Positions 1 to 13,744 of a stretch of 64,000 bases of DNA are shown piece by piece (position 1 is the stretch's first letter; each line of letters starts with the position of its first letter). The DNA is taken from assembly GCF_026571515.1 (NCBI RefSeq), contig NW_026852306.1:62001-126000 (forward strand), given 5' to 3'. This DNA comes from Ruditapes philippinarum. Taxonomy: Eukaryota. A program made the translations under genes and the position numbers. The notes below the pieces were generated by a model, which saw nothing but the letters and a program-made list of their open reading frames with translations, searched no databases and was not told the origin of the DNA.

Positions 1-744
1 GGTTGCATTATTTTATATACGGCGATACGTCACCACGTCTGTAAGGTCAGTATTATTAAATATTTAGTAGAATATCATACAATATCATAACATTTAACGT
101 AAAACAACAGCAAACAAAACGATGAATAACAAAGCTATAATTAATATGAATGTAACATAATAACAGGATTCCACGATTCTAAGAATGAACACACTTTTCA
201 GTATGTTCTGTTTTTAACTTATTGATTAGCAACGATTTAGCATGACTTTGTTAATGAATGTAGTTTTTAATACAATAATATTGTTATTTTACAAAATATT
301 GTTTTTGTTATTTAGGATAATATAGAAAGTGAAATAAACCGACATGTTGATAAGTACATGTAGGAACAATAATTTTATATCCATGTGTTGTTGTTGATTT
401 TATATCCTCAAATCAAGAATATATTTGCCGTTAAGATATGCCTTATGTCTAAATTGGTCCGTCAACAGAACTATCATGAACATTAAAATTTGTTTTGTTC
501 AAATACATTGGCGTAAACAAAATCTTGTTTATTGTAATTTAGTATAGTCAAGGAACAGAAGATTTTAGTAGGGTTTTCATGTTACTCTTACTCTTACGCT
601 TTTCTCGGGTAACTGTTACGTCGTATACTGAAAACCTTTCAAAATGGCGAAATAATTTCCTGTAATTATTTCTTACAACATAACTATAATAACAGTAGAT
701 TGGCCACAGTTATTATTTATATATACGTTACAACTTAACTACAA

Positions 745-1806
745 ACTAATATTTTTTAAATTGGTTTGAAACGATTATCAACTAACAATAGAAAGTTTCA
801 AGGTCAGTTTATTTATGGATTAATTTGAACGAGATGTCCCATTATTGTTTTATAACAATAAATTACTAATTTGCAATAAAAGTATATTTCTTAATTCATG
901 GTTTAAAGCCGGTGTAAATTATATCGGAGATATGTTTGATTCTTACGGTGCTTTTCTTTCATTAGAAGATTTTAATAAAATATTCAGGCTTAATGCAAAC
1001 TTTTTAAACTTTCCTGGCATTTAAAAATGATAAATGAAGTTATGACAAAATTTAATTTTAGTATGAATGTCGTAAAAAAAACCTTATGGACCAAAATTGC
1101 CTCCTTATTTAAAAACATAATTATTAACAATGAAGGATCAAAAGAAACCTACAATTTATTTAATACTAATAACACACAACCAACAAGTAAAGAAACCTGA
1201 ATGCAAACGCTTGATCTTCATTTTAAAGAAAGTAAATGGAAAAAAATACGAAATGCCATTTAAAATAACAAAATATTCTTAGATACAGTGGTTTCAAAAA
1301 AGGATTCTTCATAGAATAATTATCACCTGTCCCACTATTATTTGCATAAAATTAAATATAATGGTAATCCTTTTTGTATCTTTTGTAAAAACGAAAACGA
1401 AACTACCGAACTTTTGTTTTGGCAATGAAAATTTTGTTAACTTTGTTAACTTTTGTTAGTTATGTAAAGGACATCATTGATATCTATTTCAAAACAAAAA
1501 AGAATATTTTTCCATCATAAACTGCTGACGAAATTATTTTTGGCTTAACATATGAAAGTTCTCCATCAAAAACTAAAAATCTAATTTTAATTTACTTTAA
1601 GATGTATATTTATCTATGTAGAATTCAAAAGTTAAGAGTATTCCCACAATTGTCGGAGCTAAAGAAATCACAAATTGTTACAACGTTGAAATCACATATT
1701 GTTACAACGTTGAAAAAGAGACTGCATTGATAAATAACAATGTTGAAACTCTTATTTCCGCGTGGAAATCTTATCTATTTTTCCTTGATGCAGATTAACA
1801 CAATAT
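745..1806 (+). mobile_element. Degenerate 3' part of a non-LTR retrotransposon ORF2 (L1/Tx1-like, zf-RVT region); runs into an assembly gap
   Basis: Broken reading frames give LNSWFKAGVNYIGDMFDSYGAFLSLEDFNKIFRLNANFLNF (~890-1010) and IQWFQKRILHRII...LHKIKYNGNPFCIFCKNENETTELLFWQ* (~1280-1428). These match the W..GI..I.D...G.FLS and QWFQ.RILHR...C..C...ET..HLFW.C motifs of L1-clade ORF2 C-termini. Multiple stops and frameshifts; 5' boundary approximate. Confidence 0.8.
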
Positions 1807-1934
1807 NNNNNNNNNNNNNNNNNNNNNNNNNNNNNNNNNNNNNNNNNNNNNNNNNNNNNNNNNNNNNNNNNNNNNNNNNNNNNNNNNNNNNNNNNNNNNN
1901 NNNNNNNNNNNNNNNNNNNNNNNNNNNNNNNNNN
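1807..1934. other. Assembly gap (N run)
   Basis: Run of N. Confidence 1.
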
Positions 1935-3424
1935 ACTTAAACTTTAGGCTGTATTGACCTAGCCAAAAGCTACACATCAAACCATTATATTTGTACCCAG
2001 CTTAAAATGTCTTTAGAGATAAGTACATGACTCAAAAGATGAATAGATATGATCAATAACAATATTAAAAGCGCATACTACAGTGAGAGAGTGCAGATGA
2101 ATGAGTGTAGTATGTAAAAATGTATTATTTTTCTTTTGTGATATGTTCTGTTTTTTACTTTGAATCTATTTATAGTTGTGTGTTTATATACCAATGCTGT
2201 ACATAAAATGTTTATATATTTGATCAATTAAAATAAGGTAAGTTTCAGTTAGACGACAGCCTACTAGAGTTTCTAGAACTGGTACTGCTATACTATTTAT
2301 GCTTGTAAATGTCCATTTTGTTCTAAATTTGTTGAAAAGTGATTGTTATATATTCTTGGTTTATCCATATGTTTGTCATTTCTATTCCATTTAAAATACA
2401 ATATGTTCAGTTTGACATGCCAAGTTGTGTCAACCATAGGAAAGACCATTTTCTGCATCGAGTTTTAAGATATTATACATACGTTTACGCAGGCAGTCAT
2501 TTTGTAAACGAAGTGAATTTGTCTACTATTTTCACATAAATTCACGATGCTTTCGCATTGGCCAATATAAAGTTGTTGCCTTTTTAACAAATAAGATTTA
2601 TCTGTGGAACAATGTATCAGTTCTTCATTTTTACTCCATGACATTCCAATAGATTAGTCTTATTTATGAAACACTCTATAAAAAAGGAGAATGTTGAGCT
2701 AATTTCTATACTTTCTATACGTATGGCCATTTTTTTAATTAAGTAGTCCAATATATAAACAATTTTACATTTTCCAAACCTTTGTCATTATATGTAAAAT
2801 TTTGACTTATGTGTCTGCTATTTTCAAAATCATTCACCTAAAGTCCCCAGGTTTGGCAATAATACTCTAATATAGATTACTAGGTAAATATTGTGTGTTG
2901 TATTAATATTCGTGTTTTCGTTATGAATGCATTTAGCACACTGTCCATTTACGCCTGTCTATCCTTATGTCTAAGGTTTATATTTTAAACATAAAGTACA
3001 GATAATATACCCTACCCCATATCGCATATTGCAATGATTATAAGGCTTAAATTTATGTGTAGAATGTCAGTAGTAGACATAAATCAAGTGTTAAATGAAA
3101 AAAAAAAACTTCTTTTACTTCATTATTTAATGAATGCTTATTTGCAAATAATGAATTTTCACAAGATTACTGTAAAGTACTATTAGCATGTAAATTAAAA
3201 CATAATCTAACGATATAGTTTAAAGAGTTATATTGAACAAGTTAAGCATTGACCTTTATGTGACAAATAGAGTTATGTTAAATATACAAGTAACATGCAC
3301 AAATTTTTGGTGTCTTTGGATAAATAGCTTAAATTTTATGCGTTTTCTCTCTTTCTGGATTTGTTCGAAAGGGTGGAATGTTTATTTGCTGCCTGTTGTT
3401 ACTTTGTCTTTACTTTTTTCATAG

Positions 3425-6400
3425 GCTGCTGAGAAGAATTCAGAAGAATCTAAGGAGAAAACTATTTCTGGTGGTACAAGTCAGCCAGACCCAGGGCAGG
3501 TAAATGATAAGTATAACTTAATAATGATGAGTGTGCCTGTGGTCCTGTGTTGATGTGTCGTGTGGGGGTTGCGTTCATTGAACGCTGCCCTTCCTTATTG
3601 ATTTTGTTTAATATAATATATGAATTTAATTTTTACAAGTATTTCACATTGATAAAGAGTTACCTTAACAGCATTCGTTGATTTTTATCGATTGCTTGAA
3701 ATGAACTGATCACTTATGAAAAGTTTGATATACCATAAATAATTATGTTCATAGCGTTAAGTATCACACGTGTCAGCACGTGACGACAATCTTTGAAAGA
3801 GTTATGCATGGATGTTGTTTGTAAGTGTTGAGATACTAGATCGGATATAACATATTTGTGTTTAGTGTATAATAGTGAGTTATATAAACAATAGTATTAT
3901 TCATTAATTATATGGTCATACTAAATCACTTAGAAGTAGATCAAATTTTTATTCAAAGTATATATTTAATTTTGTATTTTGTAAGAATATTCAAATGATA
4001 CATTTCTATTGTTTTTATCAACATTTTAAATATTAATTTAAACTGTACCCATTGTAGACTTATCTACTTTATAAATGTGCATATTGAATTTGTTTCCAAT
4101 ATTAGCGGTAAATTATACTTGTTTTGATAGAATAATCGATTCTTCGAAACCACAATTTGTGGTTGTGGTCTGCACAAAATATTAGGCGAACCTTCAGTCT
4201 GCAGTGACTTTTATGCCTTTTATGAACAATGATGAAATGGACATTCAAAGTAAACTATCTCAGCAATCCAGTCACTCAACCGGCAGTTTCGTCGGCAAAG
4301 CTTGTACGTGTTAGTATGAAGAAATTCAAATATGTAAAAAAATCAAATTTGTATTTTCTGTACAAAGTCTGCTGTGGTCATAGTATTATTTTTACAATAG
4401 CTTTATCCATTAAATTTGGTTTGCAAATCATGGACATGCAGCTACATAATTAGATAAAGAAGCAGACGCTTGTTTTGGTTGAGTATATTATGTTTTGTTT
4501 AGGGGGTTAGTTGTCATAAACAAATTTACAATTTGTGTGCATTTATTACTTTGCTATAATTTTTATTATCTTAAAGATGTCCAATTATACCGTTATATCA
4601 GACCGTCGCTGTGGTTATTCTTGAGGATATAGATGATGTTTGAAGAGTACAAATTTTTTATCGAGTGAGCGCCATGTCCATATTATCATGATTGGCGCCG
4701 CCACGAGTCAAAATATCACAGAAATTGCCATTTTTTTCACCCAAGTTGCACCCAAGTGCATCATTTATAAATACCTTGTGAGGAGCCCCACTTTAATGAG
4801 ACCGTTACTCCGCACAGAAAATAGTACATTTCTTTCTTAAGTTTGTTTTTATTGGCATGATCGCTTTTGAAATGAGTTCAATACACTTTTCATATATACA
4901 ATTCATTTAATTTTGTCATTTGCAACAAAATCATATACACTTCAAACATATTTACGCATAACATAACGGTTCATCATTTACCAATAATATTTCTCAATAT
5001 ACTAGTTATGTTAATACAAACTGTCAAATTCAAACACTGTGTCCACCTTATAATTTGTTATAAATGCAGGACTTGTGCTGTATTTTGGTCAAGTAATCAA
5101 CCGGTGTCAAAACGTAACTTATTTGATTTTACAGATCCCTCAATTCTCTTGAATATTTTATTTATGCCAATGGTAAGGGGTAGTAAGCCGACACGATGAG
5201 AAGTCAAAACAGTCAATTTATATCCACGTGGTTTTGTTGGTTTTTCTTTACTTTATTCAAGAATACATTTACATTTAAGATATACACATTAGCATTGTGA
5301 ACAATAGAATATGTAATTCCATATGCATTAAAGTAAACATAAAAGTTTTTAGATAGTACAGACGAAAAACAGGTTGGTAAAGTATTCACTTTACTCTCAT
5401 ACTGTTTTAGTGTATGAGTCACTTCACCTATGGCTCCGATCCGTACACTTTGAGTACATTAAATATTGACAACCTTTGAGTTTGTCACACATTTCTTTTT
5501 TTAAAATGTGCAGTGTGTTAGTTATAATTGTGATATATTGTGACCCTCCTTCGTCCTTCGTCTGGCGTCAACAATTTTCTTAAACAACACGTTTTCTGAA
5601 ACAAATGACTGCAGAAATGATCCGTGGGTTTTCTCATTTATAAGTTTTTTCAAATAGTCCCGATCTGTTGCATATTTAGGTCATTGGGACAGAAAAAAGT
5701 GTTTTATAAATGCAAATATGAAAAATATCTTGTTTGAGTGTACGAGGCCCAGATCTTTGATATTTGGTGCATGGTATCACATATAGGTCCTCTACAAAAG
5801 TTGTTTACAATGTTGACTCTACTGTCAAAATTGGCCCAACCCATGGCGGTTGATAGGTTTTTATATGAATATACTAGAAGCTTTCAAAGTCTCTTTTTGT
5901 AAAATGACAAAGGCTAGAAATTAGATATTTGGCATGAAGCATTATGTAGTGGACCTCTACCAATATTGTTCAAAATATAACATTGAGCCAAAATTGACAC
6001 TGCCATGTTCATTATGTATACAACTTTCTTTTAAAAAGCGTCTTGTTGCACAGAGCTTTTTTATTTTCATTACTTTTGCTTTACTTTTAATTTGTATATA
6101 CGAGGGGTTATCCAAAAATTCGTGGACTTTTATTCTTGAGTAAAACATATTTGAGATATTGATTTGAAATACTTACACTGCTGAGAATATATATAACAAA
6201 TAATCACAGAAAAAAATCATGTCATTAGCTTCTTATATCACAACAATATTAAATTTTACATAAACACATGTCAGCGACAGCGGCGCACTCCAAAAGGTTA
6301 TTGACGTCATCTTCATAATATTAATGTACAACTTATGCTTCAATGTTACGCAGCCAATAACCATTACTGCTTCACAAAGTAATGTCCATCACTAAATTTT

Positions 6401-9400
6401 TTATGCCACTTAAACACTAATGATAGTGAAATTTTATTTTCTCTTATCGCCTGCTGTTGTTTTTTTTCCAAACGTTTTTGTTATTGTCATTTCCAAATTA
6501 CAACAAAAAATTTTATGATCACACTATTTTCTAATATCTGTGTGTCCGTCATTTTCCCGTTGTAAACAATATCGTCGCCTGGCGTTTCTGGCGATTTCAA
6601 CAAAATTTAACGGAAATGACGTCCATAATTTAAAAAAAATACATAAATGACATCATAGAAGAAATAGGCGATGTTTAGCTGGTTTTCTACGTCATGTACG
6701 TTAATGAGAAGCTTTTGTTAGCAACAAATATTCCATGACTAACTGCGCATTTCTACCGTGCGCCGGTAGCCGTGTATGTGCTTATTTAAAAGCAATATAA
6801 ATTCATTATTTATTGACGCAGTTAACTTTCGTTTCAAAACGCGTTGATAATATTCTACAATGTATGCTGATAAAATTCATTACAATACACGTTGATGTTC
6901 AAAAGATATATAAAATGTCCACGAATTTTTTGATAACCTCTCGTACATGAGCATTTCTGTGTTTTCATGTAATTTTGCTGTTTTCATGCTTCCGAAGGAT
7001 CACTTTTTTCCAGATATTTTACCTTTTCTAACCATGACACTTGTTAGAATTTTGCTTGGCGGGGATTTATTTTACGTACACTGTGTCGTTTAAAGGAACA
7101 TGTTGGGGCCAAGTATGGAATGATATTGAGGTAAAAATTACACAATGCCTGCTTGCACTTTCATCACGCTTGTTGATAATTACACACTGCCTGCTTACTC
7201 GTTGACACTGCTATTGTGCTGCTATTGGTACAGTCATTATGCATGCTTACACTTTCATCACGCTTGTTGACAATGATACCATGCTTGCTGGAAGTTACAA
7301 CTTGTTTGGTGTTTAGTCCCTGATGTCTATATGGCTGGATGACAGTGCAATGTAGCGTAATGAAACATTTCAACATGCCGGGACTGTATATAAGCTTTGA
7401 TATTTTAACATTGCACAGTTATAATACTCCTAGAACAAAACACACGATGTGAACACACAAAATGAAACATGCAATCAGCCACTATGCAAGTTGAAAGTAA
7501 GTATAATGTTAATTGCAAATTTGCACATCACATTTTGATACCAGGGGGCACACGCTCGTAGTTTTCGCGAAATATGCCGGACTTTAATTAGCTGTTTCCT
7601 TAACCGTTCCCCATTGTTTCAATTACGCCATTAATTAGCACATCGCCACTGCAACATGAACTGGTGAGTTTTATGTAGCTTTCAAGCTTTACTTACAGAC
7701 AAAAATTTTCTCGATGTCTCTTCTTTGTACTAGATCTTCTGACAAAATTTAATCGGCACCCTTTTTATAAGTGGGAAAAAAATTGACGTAGGGGGTTCAA
7801 GTCACGACACGTGACCTTTTAGCGTAATCGCCGGTAGAAGACGAGGACTAGAAAATCAAACTGACAAAGGGTTGGATTTGGTTGCTTCAGTTTTTTTTGT
7901 AAGATTGATACATAATAATATTCCTTTCAAAGGGAACGTAGAAGTTAATTTCAAATTAGTAACGATTCCTCCCGCTCACTATTCGCCCTATAACGAATCA
8001 CCCCACTTAAGTGAAGATTCGCCACACTGTCACACATTAATTAAATATCATTATATTAACCTTATAATTAAGTATGTTTAATCATTGTTAAATAGCTAAG
8101 ACACTTTTTGTTTCAATTTTATTTTTGGCTACAAATCAATGACTATGTACTTTATAACCATAAGTTTTGTAATTTCAGATAATGGGCAACCTGTTTCGAG
8201 CTTCCCAGCTGTTGAAAGATGCAGCTAAGCTCCTTGAATCAACAAGTGAAACAGTCTCACACAGGTTTTGGTCACACAGGTTTTGTGCCTTGGCCAGTTG
8301 TGACCAGGTATGTAATTATATACTTAGTTAATAAATTATTGACGAATAAGAATTATGACAGTGAACAAATTTTAGCTATTACCCAAAATGGCTGAAACTA
8401 TTGTCATTTGCTGCGTGTGTGGGGGGCATGGTTTAAGTTGAACGTTATCAAATGTCACCATTCCATAAGCCAATATTTTGTATTTAAAAGTTTAATCAGT
8501 ACACCAATTACTTTGACAAAAAGTCTTATAATGAAAAAGCTCTTGTTTCTATATACATGTACTGTAATTGCCTGATTGGTATTGTACAAAACTTGAACAA
8601 ACAGTGGGTTGAACTATTGAATGGATATAGGGGGTCAGTGGAGCTGTCATACTTATCATTATCCCATCATGTTCCTGAACATATCACTTGCTGTCTATCA
8701 TAAAACTTTGCCCGTTGCAATTTGCTATTCCAAGTACCAATAAGCTGCTGGCATTAGAAGTATTTTCATCATGTTAGTATATTGGTTTTGATATACAGTT
8801 GTTTTTATTTACAGAACCATGTTCCAACAAGGGAAGAAAAACAAAACCTGTTACAGTCCGGACTAGGGGAACAGACGATAACTTTTGTGAAGTCAGCAGA
8901 CCCCGTGTATTTCAAAATGAAAATCGAGGAAAAGTTCCCTAAACTTAAAGACATCGGAGGCTATGAACTTTTCAGGAGTCCCCCTAAAGATTTCAATTAG
9001 AACTGATTCCAATACCTCCAGATGGTTACACAACAGAACATTTAGCTGACTGTAGTATGTTGGGCCAAGCATTATGTTTTTTACGTCCTAAACAGGGGAA
9101 CTTAAGTCTGGAACACTCTCATATGGAGGTAAAAAGTTAGTCTTTTAAAGTTTGTGTATTTAGTAGGGATAAGGTGGTATCTCTCCTATCTATATGATAC
9201 ATTATGCCTTCTCTGCCAGATGATATGTTACACACACATTTCTTATCGAACAAAACAAGTCATTTCTTCACAATACTCCCAAGACTGAAAAAAGTGACAA
9301 TATCAGAAAACTTGTACATACACTCATGTATCTCAATTATATTTTTTTAATTAATGTTTCACACTAATGAAGTATTTATTTATTTTATTTTTCAATTTCC

Positions 9401-10776
9401 AAAATGTCTGAGTAGCCGTAGACAGTAGCTTTCTTCATACGAAATACAAACTTGTCTTGGAACGCTGTTGTTATTTAAAAAAAAAACAGTCTTTCACTGC
9501 CATATCCAGTATGACATTGAGGAAAACCCCAGAAGTGCCAGTGGGAATACCAGACCATGTATGCATACAGTAAACTTCACTTATAGCGTACACGGTTATA
9601 GCGAACTTCCGGTTATAGGGAACAATTTATTTTGGCCCGAATTTTGCCCTTCTTTATTTAATATAAAAATATACGGTTAAAGCGAACATGGTTATAAGAA
9701 ATTATCGCTTATAAGGAACTCATTTTTTAGTCCCAATTTAGTTAAAAGTACAGAAAATTACACTTTTATAACGAACTCCAAAATATCGGTTATCCGTAAA
9801 TAGATTCCACAGCAGAACGTTATAGTTTTCTATTTAGGATATTTTTAGCATGAGTTCTTGTCACCAAAATAAAACGGTTATTCCTTTTAATTGTATTATT
9901 TCTTTTCTTAAATAATTTTGCTAAATTTGCTACTTTTTAGTAAAATAATTATGATCATTTATAATCGGTTTTTAATATAATCACGCATGATTGAAAACTA
10001 CAAAGTATATTTGATTGAAATGAAAAGAAATCAATATCTTTCATCAGTGAAAGTCACCCTTAAAATGTAATAGAAGATATTCAATATAAAAGGATGGAAC
10101 AATCGAAAAACTTGTTTATTTTTAATCGTGGAAAGATAACGAAAAGCACTGTGTTTAGAAACAAAATATGATATTTTATGAGAAATTGAGAAATGAAGTA
10201 AAACTTAAACAGAAATAGCAAAGGATTTTCAATTTCCAAAATGTACGCTCTTGGTTATTGTGTCATAAAAAGAAATAAAGGACTAATCTTTCTTAATCAA
10301 TGCTCTTCAGAATGACGGAAGATAGTAAACAATCAGTTTGTTATATAAATGTAAATCTGTTCGCTCATAATACTCCTGATACAAGGAACTAATTCGCTAT
10401 ATCGTACAAGGAACTCCGGATATAAGGAATATATTTTGAATGTCCCGATGAGTTCATTATAAGCGGAGTTTACTGTATACATGTACTCATGGATCAATTG
10501 TTTCAGTTCATATGCTTTAAACAAAGAGTTTCTTTTCTATTTTTATAAATGTCTGAGTAACTTGTAATTTGTAACATTTTCAATTTTGCCGTTTTAAAGG
10601 TTCATAAGGGAGTATGTTTCGTTATATTTCAGGTTTCGGAAATCAAAGATGAGGCAAAACGTAAGAACTTTGTTGTTTTGGATGTTATCGTGTCAATCTT
10701 GATCCCGATCGTATACATTCTCTTTGCAGTTATTTATGTGTGGCAATGGCAACAAAAGGAGTACAGAAAGACGTGA
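3425..10776 (+). CDS. 3' end of a multi-exon gene (exons 3425-3499 and 10633-10776); probable Cys-loop ligand-gated ion channel subunit (M3-M4 loop fragment plus M4); 5' exons outside the window or not recognised
   Basis: Exon 3425-3499 (tttttcatAG / GTaaat, phase 0-0) reads AAEKNSEESKEKTISGGTSQPDPGQ. Exon 10633-10776 (atttcAG, phase 0) reads VSEIKDEAKRKNFVVLDVIVSILIPIVYILFAVIYVWQWQQKEYRKT*. The hydrophobic helix has the D-x7-P-x2-[FY]-x2-F-x3-Y spacing of anion-type Cys-loop M4. Joining the two exons is inferred from phase compatibility. Confidence 0.55.
5545..6050 (+). mobile_element. Pearl/HINE (Helentron-associated)-like bivalve interspersed repeat, degenerate
   Basis: cgtccttcgtctggcgtcaacaatttt head followed by two diverged internal units (gatatttggtgcatggtatcac...ggtcctctacaaaagttgtt and gatatttggcatgaagcattatgtagtggacctctaccaatattgtt). 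This layout is typical of the bivalve repeat class; boundaries approximate. Confidence 0.55.
6101..6943. mobile_element. Non-autonomous Tc1/mariner-type element (MITE)
   Basis: Terminal inverted repeats CGAGGGGTTATCCAAAAATTCGTGGAC and GTCCACGAATTTTTTGATAACCTCTCG, flanked by TA (6099-6100 and 6944-6945). No transposase ORF. Confidence 0.9.
8182..9128 (+). pseudogene. Two-exon N-terminal fragment (8182-8307, 8815-9128) of a G2E3-like HECT-associated protein, frameshifted, nested in an intron
   Basis: Spliced in phase 0: MGNLFRASQLLKDAAKLLES...WSHRFCALASCDQ|NHVPTREEKQNLLQSGLGEQTITF...FPKLKDIGGYELFRS, then a 1-nt frameshift near 8980-8995, then LELIPIPPDGYTTEHLADCSMLGQALCFLRPKQGNLSL. This matches my recollection of the W.H.F.CLA...VP...EK..L..AGLGEK...FPKL...GG[FY]ELLR...P..GY...GQA..YIRP.Q motif at the N-terminus of invertebrate/fish G2E3-like proteins. 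No downstream HECT exons seen. Confidence 0.65.
9568..10475. mobile_element. Non-autonomous pogo/Tigger-like DNA transposon (MITE)
   Basis: TIRs CAGTAAACTTCACTTATA and TATAAGCGGAGTTTACTG with TA on both sides (9566-9567, 10476-10477); subterminal (g)ttata(a/g)(c/g)gaac repeats. Confidence 0.85.
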
Positions 10777-11527
10777 GTGGTGCCAGCCTTCCCCTTTCTT
10801 TCCGTGATCTTCATCTTTTCTTTCCCTTAGAATATTAATGTGATTAAGCTAAACATTATTGTTCCCATGCTTTTATAGTCCAACCTGGAACTCAAAACTG
10901 TAAAACAATATCCTAAAGGTAATGAAGAAATATATTAAGAATTGCATTGTCAAAGTCTAATTAAAATCATTGTTATGGCTTTATGTTATGTTCAGAGTTA
11001 ATGATCTGAAACTTTGCATTCAGACTTTCATCAGATGGATCCTGATTATCGACTTATTATTTCAAATCACGTCATGAACATCAGTCTTTGATAATTTGTT
11101 TTTTCTTCAACTATGTTAATGATTTTTGTAAGTGTGTACATGAAAAGGAAAGGAATAAAATGACATGCATGATTTTTTTCAATAACTTAAACTGAGGCTT
11201 ACAAGTTTTATTATTAAAGATATGTTGTTTGATGTAAAATCGTGCAAAATGTTTTTCAATTACTTTCATAATTGAAGCAGAAAGTACAGCCAAATCTTAT
11301 TAAATAAAGAAAACACAATGTATTATGATTTTTAGAAAATATTTCTTAACTTAAATATCCTTGTATATTTTAAAAAGTGCACAATAAAGTTCCAAATAAT
11401 AATTTGTATCGCACAAATATTGAACAAAATAATACTATGCTCGCATATTTACATTTTGTTCAACTCTATCAATAAATTGAGCACTCAACATATGCTCATT
11501 CAATATCCTCTATAAACTTTATACATG

Positions 11528-12300
11528 GATTGATACCTACCTTTCATTTTAAATTACTTTTCTTTTTGCCATGCTTACTGTTTGTCCCATAGCAAATGTC
11601 GAGTGCATTTTAAATATTCACCGCATTTATATATTGATAATGAATGCAATTTATTTCAAATTCAATTTGTTTAATGATTGCTGTGGATTTTTTCATGTTT
11701 TAAAGATATCAGTTTCATTGGTAATACTTAAAGTTTATTATTTACATATTTATTTTATTTTTCTATTTTATTTATTCATTTATTTTCTTTATAAACATTT
11801 AATTTGTATTTAAGTAAAGGAAAAAGGCAGAGTATTGGTCCATTCTGGAGAAATAATTGAGACGAGGTCGTTGAAGAATTCAAATTTTCAATATTTCTCT
11901 GGAATGGACAAGTACAAATGACTCCCACTTTAAACACCAGTGTATTCTTTTTAGGAATTTTCGTTAAGTTTATGATGTCAAAGAGTACGATGCTTGTTCA
12001 CTTAAATGTTGAAACAATAAAATTTACTGAACACAGATTGATACCTACCTTTTATTTTAAATTACTTGTTTTCTTTTTGCCATGCTTACTGTTTGTCCCA
12101 TAGCAATTGTCGAGTGCATTTTAAATATTTACCGCATTTATAGATTGATAATGAATGCAATTTATTTCATATTGTTAAATGATTGCTGTGGATTTTTTAT
12201 GTTTTAAAGATATCAGTTTCATTGGTAATACATATAGTTTATTAGTTACATATTTATTGTATTTTTTCTTTAACTGTTGAAACAATAAAATTTACTGAAA
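11528..12300. repeat. Local direct duplication of ~230 bp (11528-11755 and 12036-12260), with a small inverted-repeat element between
   Basis: gattgatacctacc...gccatgcttactgtttgtcccatagc...gatatcagtttcattggtaatac occurs twice. tgttgaaacaataaaatttactgaa occurs at ~12007 and ~12275. Imperfect IR tccattctggagaaata / tatttctctggaatgga at ~11839-11908. Confidence 0.9.
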
Positions 12301-13557
12301 TAGACTCCAAACAAGGTATATTTATGTCATGTCTAAAGTTATAAGGGAGGGAGCATATTTATTGCGGAATGAACTTTGTCAATTAAAAATCTACAACTGA
12401 TGAACAGTGTATAAACATGAATATGAATATCATTGATCAATAATTGGCTCGTGTGTTTGCTTTGAAATATGTGTAACAGAACCATTCTGAAAACATTCTT
12501 AAAAATATATAAAAATGTTAGTATTCTAGCATAAAAGAAATATTTCAGTACCTTAAATGCTTTACTGAATATGTTTTTTAATTAATTTTAGACAAACGAA
12601 AGCACATCCTTTTGAGATGCACTTTTTCGAATACGAATGTTGTGAAATATATTATGTGATATTTGCATTGACTACTTCACATGTGCATGTTCTTGGATAA
12701 TTGTTCTGTAAATATATGTCTTGTTTTTTTTCTTCATATAAATGTGTTTTTATAAAGAGCATATTTGCTTTCTTCAGACTTGATTAAATGATGAAGAATT
12801 TTTAAATATTTTGTTTTATACTCATATCCTGATTAAAATGAACATTGTGATTAATATATCTTTATAACTTTGTAACTTATGAATGAACATTGTGTAGTGC
12901 TACGGAAACATGTTATAGGTCTTACAAGTATTGGTTACCTATAATTGTCATCAAAAGTGATACCTGAAAAATATATAAGAATCTATACAATTGTTATAAC
13001 TTATCTACATTATCAAAGATTACACACTTTTGTTGACATGGAAAACCACGTGGTATAACTACTTTCAGCTCATATTAGGTAGCACTTCGTTGCTGCCGTC
13101 AATGTCCTACAAGAAATATGTCTGATAAATCTGATCCAAAACTACACATCCTGGAAAAAGAAAACACATTTTGTTGAAGACATATATATCATAGTATTGC
13201 AAATTTATAGTAACATGAACCCATGTACAACAGTCAGGCAGTTTGAAAAGTTCCAATTAATTCCGTTAAAGCTCAAAAAACATTTTATTTCCTGGAAAAA
13301 AATACCTGAAAATATACAGGCTACAGAAACACTGTCACTACTTAAGCAACTCCTCCTTATGCATGAAAAATGTCACAAGGAAATAAGTGCTTGGCCTTGT
13401 AGATTTTTTGCTATTGCTTACAGTTTGTCCCCCCCCCCCCTTCCCCCACCCTGTAATAATTTTTTTATCGAGAATGCTTTTAAAAAAGCAATATTTACAA
13501 ACACAATGGTGGCCTTGACATCTATGATTAACAGCATGTGATTTCTAACCATGATTT

Positions 13558-13744
13558 CGAATTTGCCAATGATCATATTAGATCTCACAAAAACAAATTT
13601 TGCGCTAAAAATGCACTTTAAAGACAACCAGTCATTTATGTCACTATACACCGAATTTGCCAATGATCATATTAGATGTCACAAAAACAAATTTTGCGCT
13701 AAAAATGCACTTTAAAGACAACCAGTCATTTATGTCACTATACA
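13558..13744. repeat. Tandem duplication, 94-bp period, 2 near-identical copies
   Basis: cgaatttgccaatgatcatattagat...catttatgtcactataca starts at 13558 and again at 13652. Confidence 0.95.

Noticed and set aside
316-363. Possible additional exon of the channel-like gene (DNIESEINRHVDK...)
   Set aside because: An acceptor-like site is present but I found no convincing phase-0 donor, and the frame hits a stop.
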